The notes below the pieces were generated by a model. That model searched no databases, was not told where the DNA came from, and worked only from the letters and a program-made list of their open reading frames with translations. This document shows, piece after piece, positions 39,101 through 47,074 of a stretch of DNA of 64,000 nt (the stretch's first letter is position 1; each line of letters opens with the position of its first letter). The position numbers and the translations under genes are program-made. Source of the stretch: Phoronis australis (Eukaryota > Animalia > Phoronida). Location of the stretch: assembly GCA_002633005.1 (NCBI GenBank), contig NMRA01000519.1, forward strand, positions 239,640 through 303,639, written 5' to 3'.

Positions 39101-42100
39101 CTGGATAGACATGTTAATGTACCCCGTTACTCTCATATATGTCAAATGTGTGACTTAAATGAAATAGAAGATGAGAAACATTTCTTGTTAAAATGCCCAT
39201 TTTACTCGGATTTAAGAATTATGTACTGTATTTCTGTCGAAAATCATCTTTTAGCTTCCATGCTTATTAAGCTCATGAATACAAGTGATGTGAATAGTCT
39301 TAGAAATATAACTTGGTCTGCAGATTTCTATTTAATGCTTACTTAAGGCATGATTCTTCTGAGTAACATGAGGTGTCATTTGGTTGTATTTGAATGTATA
39401 TGGGCCAGTGGCTTTTGTGCTATTAAAATAAACTAATTAAAGTTTATTGGCTATTTATTGATATTCAGTGTTATAGTTATGCTTATCTAAGATGTCTGCC
39501 AACCTGGAAAAAGATGGCAGATCTAGAATGTCATAAGAGGGGCACTCATGCACAATTTTGACAGGAAAAATGCTGCAAAAGCCAACAGCGGATAGGTCAT
39601 GTCCGTAGTTGGGGCAGCTCCACTGCCCCCCCCCCCCATGAATCTGGCGATGAGCAAAGTAACTAATTCACAAACAAACCAAGACACATTTTAAAGTCTC
39701 AACTTTGCTCATTTAGTAATTAGATGACAAGATTCCAACACCATGTAGGATACATAAACAACCTACTCTCCACAGAACCCACTTGAACCAATCAAGAATG
39801 AAAAAATTAGTGACCCATAGCACACTGAAATACTGTTGCTTCATAATGGGTCTTGGTGTCAAGTGTATTTCACGTATATTCAGCCCATGGCACTAGATTG
39901 CATTCACATACCTCAAACTGTTCAACGTCTTGCCAAGACCAATAGTCTAGTTCGTATTCTTCTCCTACACCAGTAGAAACAGGCACCTTAAGAGACAGGA
40001 TCACGTGACGACCTTCCTTGTGAGTTACTAGAACGTCTCTCACAATGGATTTGGTGAACATTTCAACAGCCTGAAATGACACAGTGACTGCAGATTTATT
40101 GTTTTAAAACATGGAAAAAGACAAAGACGAATATTTGAAGCAGTTGCTTTATCTTAAATGTCCAGTCCACAGGCACCAAGAAGATAAGTGCGAAAGTGGC
40201 TGCATGCACAAACGTAGGAAGAAAGCTTGAAACGATTTGCTGCACAATTGTGTTACCAGTTGCACTCACACATTCACAGTGATTTGATTCCTAAATACAC
40301 TACGGAATGTGACAGTCCTTTCGGTGACATTTCATCTTGTATCCATGACGAGAGGATCCTGCCTGTGACATGACAGCCAATACTTATCTGCCACATGTAA
40401 ACTAAAAGTGCTTCACATTATACACAGACTGCAGGACCCTTGTAATTTTATGTAGTCCCAGTCACCCTCTCTGCACTGACCAACCCCTTGGGATGACTAT
40501 TCAGCCCCTTTGAAGTCAAAGTACTCCGGTTATCCCGTTTGAAACTGACCTATTTCACCCACACCGACACTGACAAACACAACCTTGCAGAATGACAATT
40601 GGAAAGAAGCTTTACGACTAAGAAAAAGTCAACCTGTTGAACATCTTCTCCTTCAATGACGTACTCCACAGAAATGTCCAGTTTGAGCAAGCTTGTGTAG
40701 AAGCAGCCATAAAATAGGCATGGGCCAATCAAGGCTGGGAACAATTCAACCTGAAATGTAAATACATGTCATTGAGTCAATCAAGACAGAGAGCAATTTA
40801 TTCCACCAGAGCTGTAAATTACTTTAGCTAAAACTGGACACAATGATTAAAGCATTCAAGGCCCCTCTGAAACTTGACCTAAAATTTGTAGAGATTTAAT
40901 TCTAATTGATAATTCCTACTCGCCCGATGTATTTGCAAGTATGACATCTTTCTATAAGAAAATAATTGTTGCGAGTACAGGAAACTTTTTGAATCAATCT
41001 TGTTTGTGGTTTAATAATAACTTGGGGATCTGAGACAGAAGTGTTTTTTATAAGTCTTGGTTTGCAAAACGCTTAATCTTTATTAGAGATATGTATACCT
41101 CTGATGGCGTCTTCGTTAGTTTAGACCATATGATAAATTGGTTCGATGTAAAAACCAACTTTGTATAATATAATGGACAGGTGTTGTTTCTATTCTAAGA
41201 ATGTTTCAAAAAAGTCTATTTCAAAGTAATTTTAAAAGACATTGTTAATGTCTATTCTCCTTGAATGTCTTTAGCAATTACTCACTTATGGAAAGACGTG
41301 AAGGGTTGTATTTGTTTTATCTTTAACAACAATAAGAAACCTTCTAAGTCAGAGTGTAAATGGGAAATAAAAGTTACAAGATTGTTTAGATTGGAAGAAA
41401 ATATACGTATTGCCCTATGAAATTACAAAGGATCCAAACATTAGATGGTTCCAATTTAGAATATTACACAGGATTATTGCTGAGCAACAATTTTTTAGTC
41501 AAAATTCAAATTCGAGATTCTAATTTATGTTCCTTTTGTAATAAAGCTCCAGAGACGCTGTCACACCATTTTTGGGAATGTCGCCCTGTACAAGATTTTT
41601 GGAAGGAATTCAGAAAACTACTTCAAAAACATCTCATTCAGCTTCCCAACTGTCTCTCTTACAAACGTGTTATTCTTGGACTTAATGAGACACATTATTT
41701 TCTATTTAACATTTTGATGTTACTAGCCAAACAATACATTTACAAGGAGAGATGCCACAAAAATATACCTAATATTCACAAGTTTGTTACATATGAGTAC
41801 TGAAAAATTAATTGCATTGTTCACTCCATGTAGCAGTTGTTTACTTTATACGAGATATGAGAATGGTCTCTCCTGAGGTGTGCATGTGTGAATGAATGGA
41901 TGTACTTGTTTGTTAAGTTTTTGTACTGGTTATCAATAATAATAAATATCTGAAAAAATAGAGATTTAGTTTTCCAGGAAGTGGAATATAATGAAGTTTT
42001 GTGGGTTTTTATCATTCCATCTAAGTCTACAACTCGATGTCAGGTTAGGCAAAAATCTGACTTCCTGATAAAGTTATGCAGAACCTTGTGGAAAAGTCAG

Positions 42101-45100
42101 TGTGTAAAGTCAAATAGCTACAAAATAAAAACTACACATTTTACTCAGTCTGTAAAAATTATTTTCTGAAAGTAGAAGACCTGACTATACAATGTTCAGA
42201 CCTAATTAACAAGGTTCAACAGGTGAGTGTATTACCAGAATTAATGACGGGGCTTTGTATCGATATTTTACAAAGTGACTGTGTGCGAGAAAATTCCAAC
42301 AAAAGGCCTCCTGTGAAGTAAGTTAGGGACAAAATGATATTTCTACAAATAATTTTGGGTGTGCAAAATGAGATGAGTGTGCTAAATAAGTGGAGAATTT
42401 ACATACTTTATAATTAGCTGGACATTCTACAAGCTCCAGAGGCAGCGGTGCACTAAGCACAAGGTTACATAACTCATGCAGCTTAGTTGGCTCAACAGAC
42501 TTCACAATGGATGGTAAACCCCAGACAAAATCACATCCAAGTGGCGTACACATCTGAGGTGATACCTCATTACATGGACGGTCTGAAAGTACAGAAATTT
42601 AAATGAAAATTACAGATTCTAGTAAAACAGGCAAAACCAATGAAAATCTCTAGATTTAAGACAATTAATGTCATTTCATTGCAAAACTTCTCAAGCTGAA
42701 TGTAACATTGACAGCTAAAGTGCAACTTAACACAAGAAAACTGTAAAATACCACAGAAGAGGATGGATACAACACCACACACATTTTAACATGTCTCATC
42801 TTCAGTGTCAGAAAGAAACACATGTCGTGAAAGCTTTGAAGGCGATCTGAATCATGGCGAGAGATGTTAAATGTGGAGACAGGAGTTTTGTGCGCAGACA
42901 TTTCGCATCGTGCACATAGACTTGACTTCGACATGTGTGCACAACCCAACTCAAATTTAACACTCTTAATTATTTGGTGAAAGGGCATCGCATTAGCCAT
43001 CACACACTGGACCAACCATGCTTCAATACACCAGGTCAAAGGCACTATCATGAAGGTTCTAGCGAATTGAGGGTGTTTTAGAAAAGTCGCAAACCCAGTC
43101 ATTTATGCAACACGGCATGTTCTTAGTACAGTGAAAATGTTTCAACTAACATTAAGGTGATAACTTTTCATATCCCAACGTAATGATCCCCTTCTCAAGT
43201 CATGTTAATGAACTATGTGCAAAATGAAATCAAAGTTACAGTCGCCTTAACTAAGGCCAGACCTACGACCTTTGATAAAACAGGCCTCCTATTTCTTTAT
43301 GTTTCAGACAAAATTACTAAACGCAATCTGTTATCAAATTAATTATCACAATTTTGAGTCTCAAAAAAAATGTAACTAAACAAAGAGCAAAAGTCAATAA
43401 TAAATAAGTTCCGGAATAAAAACGAAAAATTTAGAAGTAAGGAATTTAATAAGATTTGGCTTGATTAAAGGGACTCTTAGTCCTTTCTACTTATGGTTCA
43501 CTCAATGAAAACCATAATTAACCCTAACAAATTGAAATCAAAATTTTCTTACCAAGACGACTTCAATAGAAATTGAGAGATCTCATGGGATTGATATGGA
43601 ACAACTCATTTTGAAAGGGATTTCCGACAATTCTGCCAAAATTAATGTTTTTGGCATTCTTCTTCTATACCAAAGCCTTGAATGATTGGTCGGGAATGGG
43701 AATAATTTCTCTGTGTCATATTTTGTGTATAATGGCAGTGGACAAGAGGACATGACTTTGTGCCAACACTGCGTACAGTTAACAGTATGTCTATCAGCAT
43801 CAGCTATGAATGACAGCACCTCTAACAACATTACCTATGATTGACAGCACGTCGGTCGTTGACAGGGTGTACATATGAAATCTGAAAAGATATCTTGCAA
43901 TACATTCGCAAGTTGAAACACAGAAATTATAAACTAAGTTAGAAATTGATTAGCATAGCGCAATAACTTATTATAAAACAGTAAATATCCTTTAAACCGA
44001 GATACAACATAGCAGAAAAGTAGAACTTTATTCGTCCACAAAATTCCTTAACAAGAAATTCATTGATTACTAAGTGCCATATAGTTGCCATAGTTATCCC
44101 CTTAGTAAAAACTGTACAGTAGTACTTTCAGTAATCCTTGAGCCTTAGCAAAATGTCAATGTCAGTTAATCTTAGGGCAAATTTTAGCTTTTTCTTGATG
44201 CCATTTCAGTCTAAACAATGAATTCAGTAAAAAGGATGATTAAGATAGAATGATTTTACTGTTGGCCAACCAATCCATCATTATGCAAACTTGCATGATC
44301 CAGACAAAAGTTGCCATGACAACAATGCAAAATAAGTATCAAAAATTCATTCTACTCGACACAAAACAGTCTTTTATCCCGAGAACTTAACTGCTAAGAA
44401 TGGAGACTTCAACATTCCGTGAAAAATTGGCTTTTGTAGCCGTGGGAATAAAACAAATAGAGAGCTGCATTTCGCCCTCTTCAGCTGGCTACAAAGGAAA
44501 AATTGATAAGGGCCTTTACTAGCATAAAATCAGCCTCACTCTCATAATATTCCTTACTGTCATAGGACTCTATTTGCGTGACCAACAAGAACACTGAACC
44601 ATCACCGACTCATGACCAACCTAAAATTGCGAATTCGAAAATAGCACATTGCCTGAAGTTGGTCACGGAAATGGAGTCCTTTCAAATTACAGAATATTAT
44701 TAACCGATGTGTATTATAATTCATACACTGGTGCATGTATAACAGAAACTACGAAGATTTCAGACGGACTTACCTAGCTAAAACTTTACGTTGCGGGAAT
44801 CACAACTGCCCCCTTGTATGGGAATATTATGAGACCGACTTTATGAGAGTATGAGACCTAACTTAGTTATCGTATTTCAGCCAACAGAACAGTTCGAAAT
44901 ACAGCTATAACATAATTTACTCAGATTTATCGCCTATAGTGCACACTTGAGCAGCATATTACCTTTCACTTTTAATTCTGAACTGTCTTGTTAACTCAGG
45001 ATAAGGGTTATACGGCAGGCTGGTTTTGCTCAACAATCCTCTGCAAGCATCCAGAAATTCTTCGTGTAAACCATGTCCATGGATGTATTCCCTAAGGGAG

Positions 45101-46459
45101 AACATCATTTCCTTCAGATCAGCCACTTCCGGTTCTTCATAGGTGTCTCTTTTTGGTGGTTCACTATCAACCTACATATTTATAATATGTTGAAAGTTGT
45201 ATGAATTATTGCTCAGAGAGAAAGCGAGAGATTAAAACATTGTTTTCAAGCAGGTAAATGCATGCTTATACACATAAAACAAAAAGTTGTATTATAAATA
45301 CATTAAATCACTTCACATTTAACGAAAAGAGACAACCAATTTGCAAAATAAGAAAAATTATGAAGGGACGAAACAAAGACTTCGTTGTTCTCATCAGGAT
45401 TAACGTTAAGCGAGGTGCAAAAAACAGACCGCTGTCAGTCACAATATTCAGCAAGCCACCACCATTTGCTTTGCTGGTTAAATTTGTTTTGTATTCCAGG
45501 TCATTTTTTGTGAAACTATAATCACAGTAAGGTAATAATTTTGGCAAAATGGTAAGATTCACACTACAATGGACACTAGCATTTTACAAGAGTTGAGGCC
45601 ACTTTTACACACAACAGATAGTCACAACAAATATGACGATAAACCAAAGAATTGAGCATAGGGGTCATGTAAGCGTTCAATGTTCAAATTAATCCCTTCA
45701 GTATACCGCTGTACCTGATGTACAGATGTGATTGATTCTCTGGACAGTCTTGACAGTGCACGGTTTGAATACTTGGTTAGTGTTGATAAAGCTCTGGACT
45801 GCCTTCCCTGTCAAAAGATGAATAGAGCTCATACAAGATGCAAAGGGGTAAGAAATGAAAATGTGACGAAGAGTGCAACCCACACAAGTTGACGCTCTAT
45901 CAGAGGGTACATATCACTTCACAATGGCATGCTTCGATTATTTTTGCGAGTGTTCAGCCATCATTTTCCAGGCATCAGATTATACAATAATTGCCCCAAG
46001 CTTAAGGTAGTAAGAAAAACTTAAACAAAGCCAAATACTAGATACATGTTCAAGTTATATATTGCAGAATAATATATAATATGCCTGTTTTTAACACATG
46101 TCTAAAAGAAAATTTGATGCAAAAACTCTAATCTACTACATGCTGTATGGAAAACTGTTACAGCTTTATTATTTTCAAGCTCCTATGCAGCACCTGCACG
46201 AGCTAATACCCCCATGCTTGGTGTCAAAACAAAACTGCCTACCAACCTTGGTTACAGGTGTCTGAGGGCCAGCATTGCTTTTAACTGCGCTTCCTGTTGT
46301 TTGACCTCGGCTGTTCAACCTCAAACCACCAGCACTATCATTCCCATCATCCTCAGTACCACTCCTTCTCCCCTGACTTTGTGCACTCTGTGCTAAAGGT
46401 GTAGCAGGGCCTGGTTGGCTGGGTCCAGGTCTCTGATCTGCATGAGATCTGCCCGACAT
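5981..46459 (-). CDS. Uncharacterised ~1224-aa protein (30 coding exons) built from two tandem diverged modules, each headed by an RIIa/Dpy-30-like docking motif
   Basis: Thirty GT-AG exons join with compatible phases into one open frame of 3675 nt including the stop codon. The ATG at 46459 is inferred. The N- and C-terminal halves align with each other and share intron positions. Exons are listed individually below. Confidence 0.88.
6752..6940 (-). CDS. Minus-strand gene exon 29
   Basis: ETVLDLDGVDRMAAAFQHKLIEVLDSPISFAPSTMADLLRSKLHDIFSVDEHSNKVELQVKLT; phase 0->0. Confidence 0.85.
7488..7673 (-). CDS. Minus-strand gene exon 28
   Basis: SDAHITETWRMLHSVAGRLEYVLSLAQMLYDLVTYAIENSIERKAGGAEGDNNSETADAETQ; phase 0->0. 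Confidence 0.88.
8598..8762 (-). CDS. Minus-strand gene exon 27
   Basis: AAFHFQNMADLSNPYSGPNIRAALRSVDSMLLMLAKHGDWMNVHRWLCIRSLIKL; phase 0->0. Confidence 0.88.
10028..10094 (-). CDS. Minus-strand gene exon 26
   Basis: FTTYYTENPAALYLNVFLEKDQ; phase 2->0. Confidence 0.85.
10231..11575 (+). mobile_element. Helentron-associated (HINE-like) repeat element with CTCF-motif tandem units
   Basis: Starts AACAAGAG and ends in an imperfect palindrome plus A-run; diverged ~150-bp internal units in a three-type cycle; nine CTCF-like motifs. The family label is inferred from structure only. Confidence 0.65.
11658..12420 (+). repeat. Near-identical duplicate of 10894-11656 across a single N (likely assembly or haplotype overlap)
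   Basis: Only a few substitutions/indels differ; junction N at 11657. Confidence 0.85.
12471..12550 (-). CDS. Minus-strand gene exon 25
   Basis: MFVLVDWQYTPVNIQYRFNFRSSQSNS; phase 0->2. Confidence 0.85.
13409..13578 (-). CDS. Minus-strand gene exon 24
   Basis: VTSHILQLLESSHCPLLGVYLGRAQQRWSTPDISTKSFIFKTNLVRTVLSKEPVLLK; phase 1->0. Confidence 0.88.
14012..14221. repeat. Duplicate of ~14272-14480 (part of exon 23) next to a single N, followed by an 18-bp x3 repeat
   Basis: Near-identical copy; N at 14222; (ctcttataatcaaagtga)3 follows. Confidence 0.85.
14372..14519 (-). CDS. Minus-strand gene exon 23
   Basis: VAFCTALTNTTPWYGKMSPYLRKIDVTEYCYVSGPLGGATEAVELYADI; phase 0->1. Confidence 0.88.
15256..15365 (-). 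CDS. Minus-strand gene exon 22
   Basis: GHVSSLRLVDGKRFFSLSPIVRTLANPNSHVMKSGFK; phase 1->0. Confidence 0.85.
16034..16149 (-). CDS. Minus-strand gene exon 21
   Basis: MDLFSESNERITSEVLHKLSREEDPDNFIYHIPGVEAH; phase 2->1. Confidence 0.87.
16182..16421. mobile_element. Insertion with a long hairpin, flanked by a 13-bp direct repeat (target-site duplication)
   Basis: ACTAGACAGTCAA at 16169 and 16422; inverted arms ~16261-16336 and ~16347-16422. Confidence 0.7.
17121..17245 (-). CDS. Minus-strand gene exon 20 (second docking motif)
   Basis: YILDSHLDEVWSTFLFELITGAVLPPNPHSTLVSVLRQSAVK; phase 0->2. Confidence 0.9.
18042..18115 (-). CDS. Minus-strand gene exon 19
   Basis: VLDVDTCKERQAEPTELSSETVLMK; phase 1->0. 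Confidence 0.84.
18764..18821 (-). CDS. Minus-strand gene exon 18
   Basis: VEHYKFGHENMKLWRHDKS; phase 0->1. Confidence 0.8.
18885..19996. mobile_element. Kolobok-like non-autonomous DNA transposon with degenerate THAP domain
   Basis: TTAA|AGAGTTCCCACCATG ... CATGGTGGGAACTCT|TTAA (perfect 15-bp TIR, TTAA TSD, purine termini). ORF 19542-19826(-) CVCGGC...VFEFAKD...W...VRR...LC resembles a THAP domain. Confidence 0.8.
20139..20219 (-). CDS. Minus-strand gene exon 17
   Basis: DMIVSLKRAFSEKAPGPSSEVMSHKLN; phase 0->0. Confidence 0.83.
20623..20978. repeat. Degenerate ~22-23-bp minisatellite (aaatgaagcaattaatattgtca)
   Basis: About 15 visible diverged copies. Confidence 0.9.
21508..22039. repeat. 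30-bp minisatellite (tggcaaagtgatgacatttcataattattt), ~17.5 copies
   Basis: Nearly perfect array starting ~15 bp into the intron after exon 16. Confidence 0.98.
22055..22147 (-). CDS. Minus-strand gene exon 16
   Basis: TVESLRTANHFSMTVLIQLYEDSLPNCPSFQ; phase 0->0. Confidence 0.86.
23347..23440 (-). CDS. Minus-strand gene exon 15
   Basis: VERSSDLQSAGIKLIHLLNGIDQQSVPVSRI; phase 2->0. Confidence 0.82.
23569..23600 (-). CDS. Minus-strand gene exon 14 (32-bp mini-exon)
   Basis: KNIQILLTSER; needed to bridge phase 0->2 between its neighbours; weak donor gtatac. Confidence 0.65.
23956..24012 (-). CDS. Minus-strand gene exon 13
   Basis: ESPELQGAVNKMFEQYYEM; phase 0->0. Confidence 0.83.
24468..24594 (-). 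CDS. Minus-strand gene exon 12
   Basis: AESGLEPLVEVYRLLQGNASQLFVILQHNKWVEELVKHPDTK; phase 2->0. Confidence 0.88.
24862..24954 (-). CDS. Minus-strand gene exon 11
   Basis: SVWQKKIASLNEKTRLMELVYYCLLLSLMDR; phase 2->2. Confidence 0.82.
25360..25552 (-). CDS. Minus-strand gene exon 10
   Basis: VPPNTAMTQLAQNPSSSMDHRRPYNESLNIRMVP...SWQITVPIK; phase 1->2. Confidence 0.85.
25575..26165. repeat. 78-bp tandem repeat (~6 copies) plus a re-duplicated segment after the N at 26024
   Basis: Unit ...agtactgaatatttatgtgccctccagggcatatgacctgtatgcaaattacaatgaa...; 26025-26165 repeats ~25505-25650. Confidence 0.95.
26180..26478. mobile_element. Short MITE (PIF/Harbinger-like termini)
   Basis: GGGTCTACTTCATGAA ... 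TTCATGAAACAGAACCC; internal agactcaag/cttgagtc-type inverted motifs. Confidence 0.45.
27075..27214 (-). CDS. Minus-strand gene exon 9
   Basis: LISFSQPKLSTVHEGVFFKQDHLEAYLSLFDFPTLTPLAPTPLSKT; phase 2->1. Confidence 0.88.
28798..28898 (-). CDS. Minus-strand gene exon 8
   Basis: CMFRLDVDSSVYHRGEKHFRLNFVQVEKSPLSYV; phase 0->2. Confidence 0.87.
30492..30551 (-). CDS. Minus-strand gene exon 7
   Basis: EKCWLQLSQAVVENLPISVE; tttgcag / gtaaga; phase 0->0. Confidence 0.85.
34505..34878 (+). CDS. Class A (rhodopsin-like) GPCR, FMRFamide/sex-peptide-receptor-like, exon 1
   Basis: TM1 GIVGNVLNVLVL, TM2 FLRALAVSD, N-terminal NIS sequon; donor GCAG|gtaggt, phase 2. Confidence 0.92.
35911..36063. repeat. 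38-bp tandem repeat x4 in the GPCR intron
   Basis: aaagttgtgtaggccaaacacaagataaaatcattaat. Confidence 0.95.
36928..37714 (+). CDS. Class A GPCR, FMRFamide/sex-peptide-receptor-like, exon 2 (spliced product 386 aa)
   Basis: ctctgtag acceptor in phase; TM3 SWLTIAITVERFIAI, TM5 WIP...ITN, TM6 VFIICNF, TM7 LNSAINFILYC, helix 8 SRKFR, Ser/Thr-rich tail. Confidence 0.93.
38088..38175 (+). mobile_element. tRNA-derived SINE head or decayed tRNA-like sequence
   Basis: GTCCTGA-TAGCTCAGTGG (A box) ... GGTTTCCAGTC (degenerate B box) ... CCGGGAC pairing with the 5' end; the cloverleaf is not intact. Confidence 0.5.
39040..39440 (+). mobile_element. 3' remnant of a non-LTR retrotransposon (RTE-X-like C-terminal zinc finger)
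   Basis: FAKFRCSSHKLMI...ICQMCDLNEIEDEKHFLLKCPFYSDLR; AATAAA-containing tail at ~39427. Confidence 0.8.
39912..40070 (-). CDS. Minus-strand gene exon 6
   Basis: AVEMFTKSIVRDVLVTHKEGRHVILSLKVPVSTGVGEEYELDYWSWQDVEQFE; phase 0->0. Confidence 0.88.
40634..40750 (-). CDS. Minus-strand gene exon 5
   Basis: VELFPALIGPCLFYGCFYTSLLKLDISVEYVIEGEDVQQ; phase 0->0. Confidence 0.87.
40850..41960 (+). mobile_element. Degraded 3' part of an L1/Tx1-clade LINE (zf-RVT region)
   Basis: Frameshifted DWKKIY..PYEITKDPNIRWFQFRILHRII..NNFLVKIQIRDSNLCSFCNKAPETLSHHFWECRPVQDFW; AATAAA-rich tail at ~41936. Confidence 0.85.
42407..42582 (-). CDS. Minus-strand gene exon 4
   Basis: DRPCNEVSPQMCTPLGCDFVWGLPSIVKSVEPTKLHELCNLVLSAPLPLELVECPANYK; phase 1->0. 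Confidence 0.87.
43835..43881 (-). CDS. Minus-strand gene exon 3
   Basis: FHMYTLSTTDVLSII; phase 2->1; tttcag / gtaatg. Confidence 0.8.
44535..44860. mobile_element. MITE-like element with nested inverted repeats
   Basis: CTCATAATATTCC ... GGAATATTATGAG. Confidence 0.4.
44963..45171 (-). CDS. Minus-strand gene exon 2 (first docking motif)
   Basis: VDSEPPKRDTYEEPEVADLKEMMFSLREYIHGHGLHEEFLDACRGLLSKTSLPYNPYPELTRQFRIKSER; phase 0->2. Confidence 0.9.
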
Positions 46460-46487
46460 GGCCTCTAAGGGCTGTGCTCCAATCGAC
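46247..46487 (-). CDS. Minus-strand gene coding exon 1 (probable ATG at 46459)
   Basis: tttacccag acceptor, AAG|gttggt donor; low-complexity MSGRSHADQRPGPSQPG...PVTK; phase 0 out. Confidence 0.75.
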
Positions 46488-46908
46488 CTGGGTAAACAAA
46501 ATACAGATGCCAATGTATGTTAATAACAGTGATTACCAATGAGTAGTTGAAAGATAAATCATTTCTCACAACAAGATTCAGTGCCTTTGATTCACAATTG
46601 TTCTAAATCAGTCCAAATTACAACAGAAAATAAACAGACTGATGTCTGAATTTCTAAGAAAAAATCAGGTCAGGTGGGACAATGAAACACATGCCTCCAA
46701 TGTTTCCAATCGTCTGTATATTTCAGAGGCGTAGACAAGAGGAATTCAGTTAGACTCAGATTGGGGTTCAGCAAACCAAAATACCCCTTCAAAAATAATT
46801 GAATAAATTATGAATTCGGGTAAACATTGTTAAAGTGATCAGAATGTGATGCGAGATCAAGGCCCCCTGTTAAATGAGGAAAGAAAGGGAGGCTATGGAT
46901 GGACTGAA

Positions 46909-47039
46909 GCAGGGACATGTCGTGTAAGGTTAATGTATACGCAGGGACGTGTCGTGTAAGGTTAATGTATACGCAGGGACGTGTCGTGTAAGGTTAATGT
47001 ATACGCAGGGACGTGTTGTGTAAGGTTAATGTATACGCA
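46909..47039. repeat. 32-bp tandem repeat x4
   Basis: gcagggacgtgtcgtgtaaggttaatgtatac. Confidence 0.95.
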
Positions 47040-47074
47040 ATACCAGTGTTGTACTCCTACACGGCTAAATCGCA

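Noticed and set aside
43583-43831. Cys-rich ORF (CTQCWH...C) suggesting a RING/IBR finger
   Set aside because: It lies in the intron downstream of the exon 3 donor, does not fit the exon chain, and lacks a full ligand pattern.
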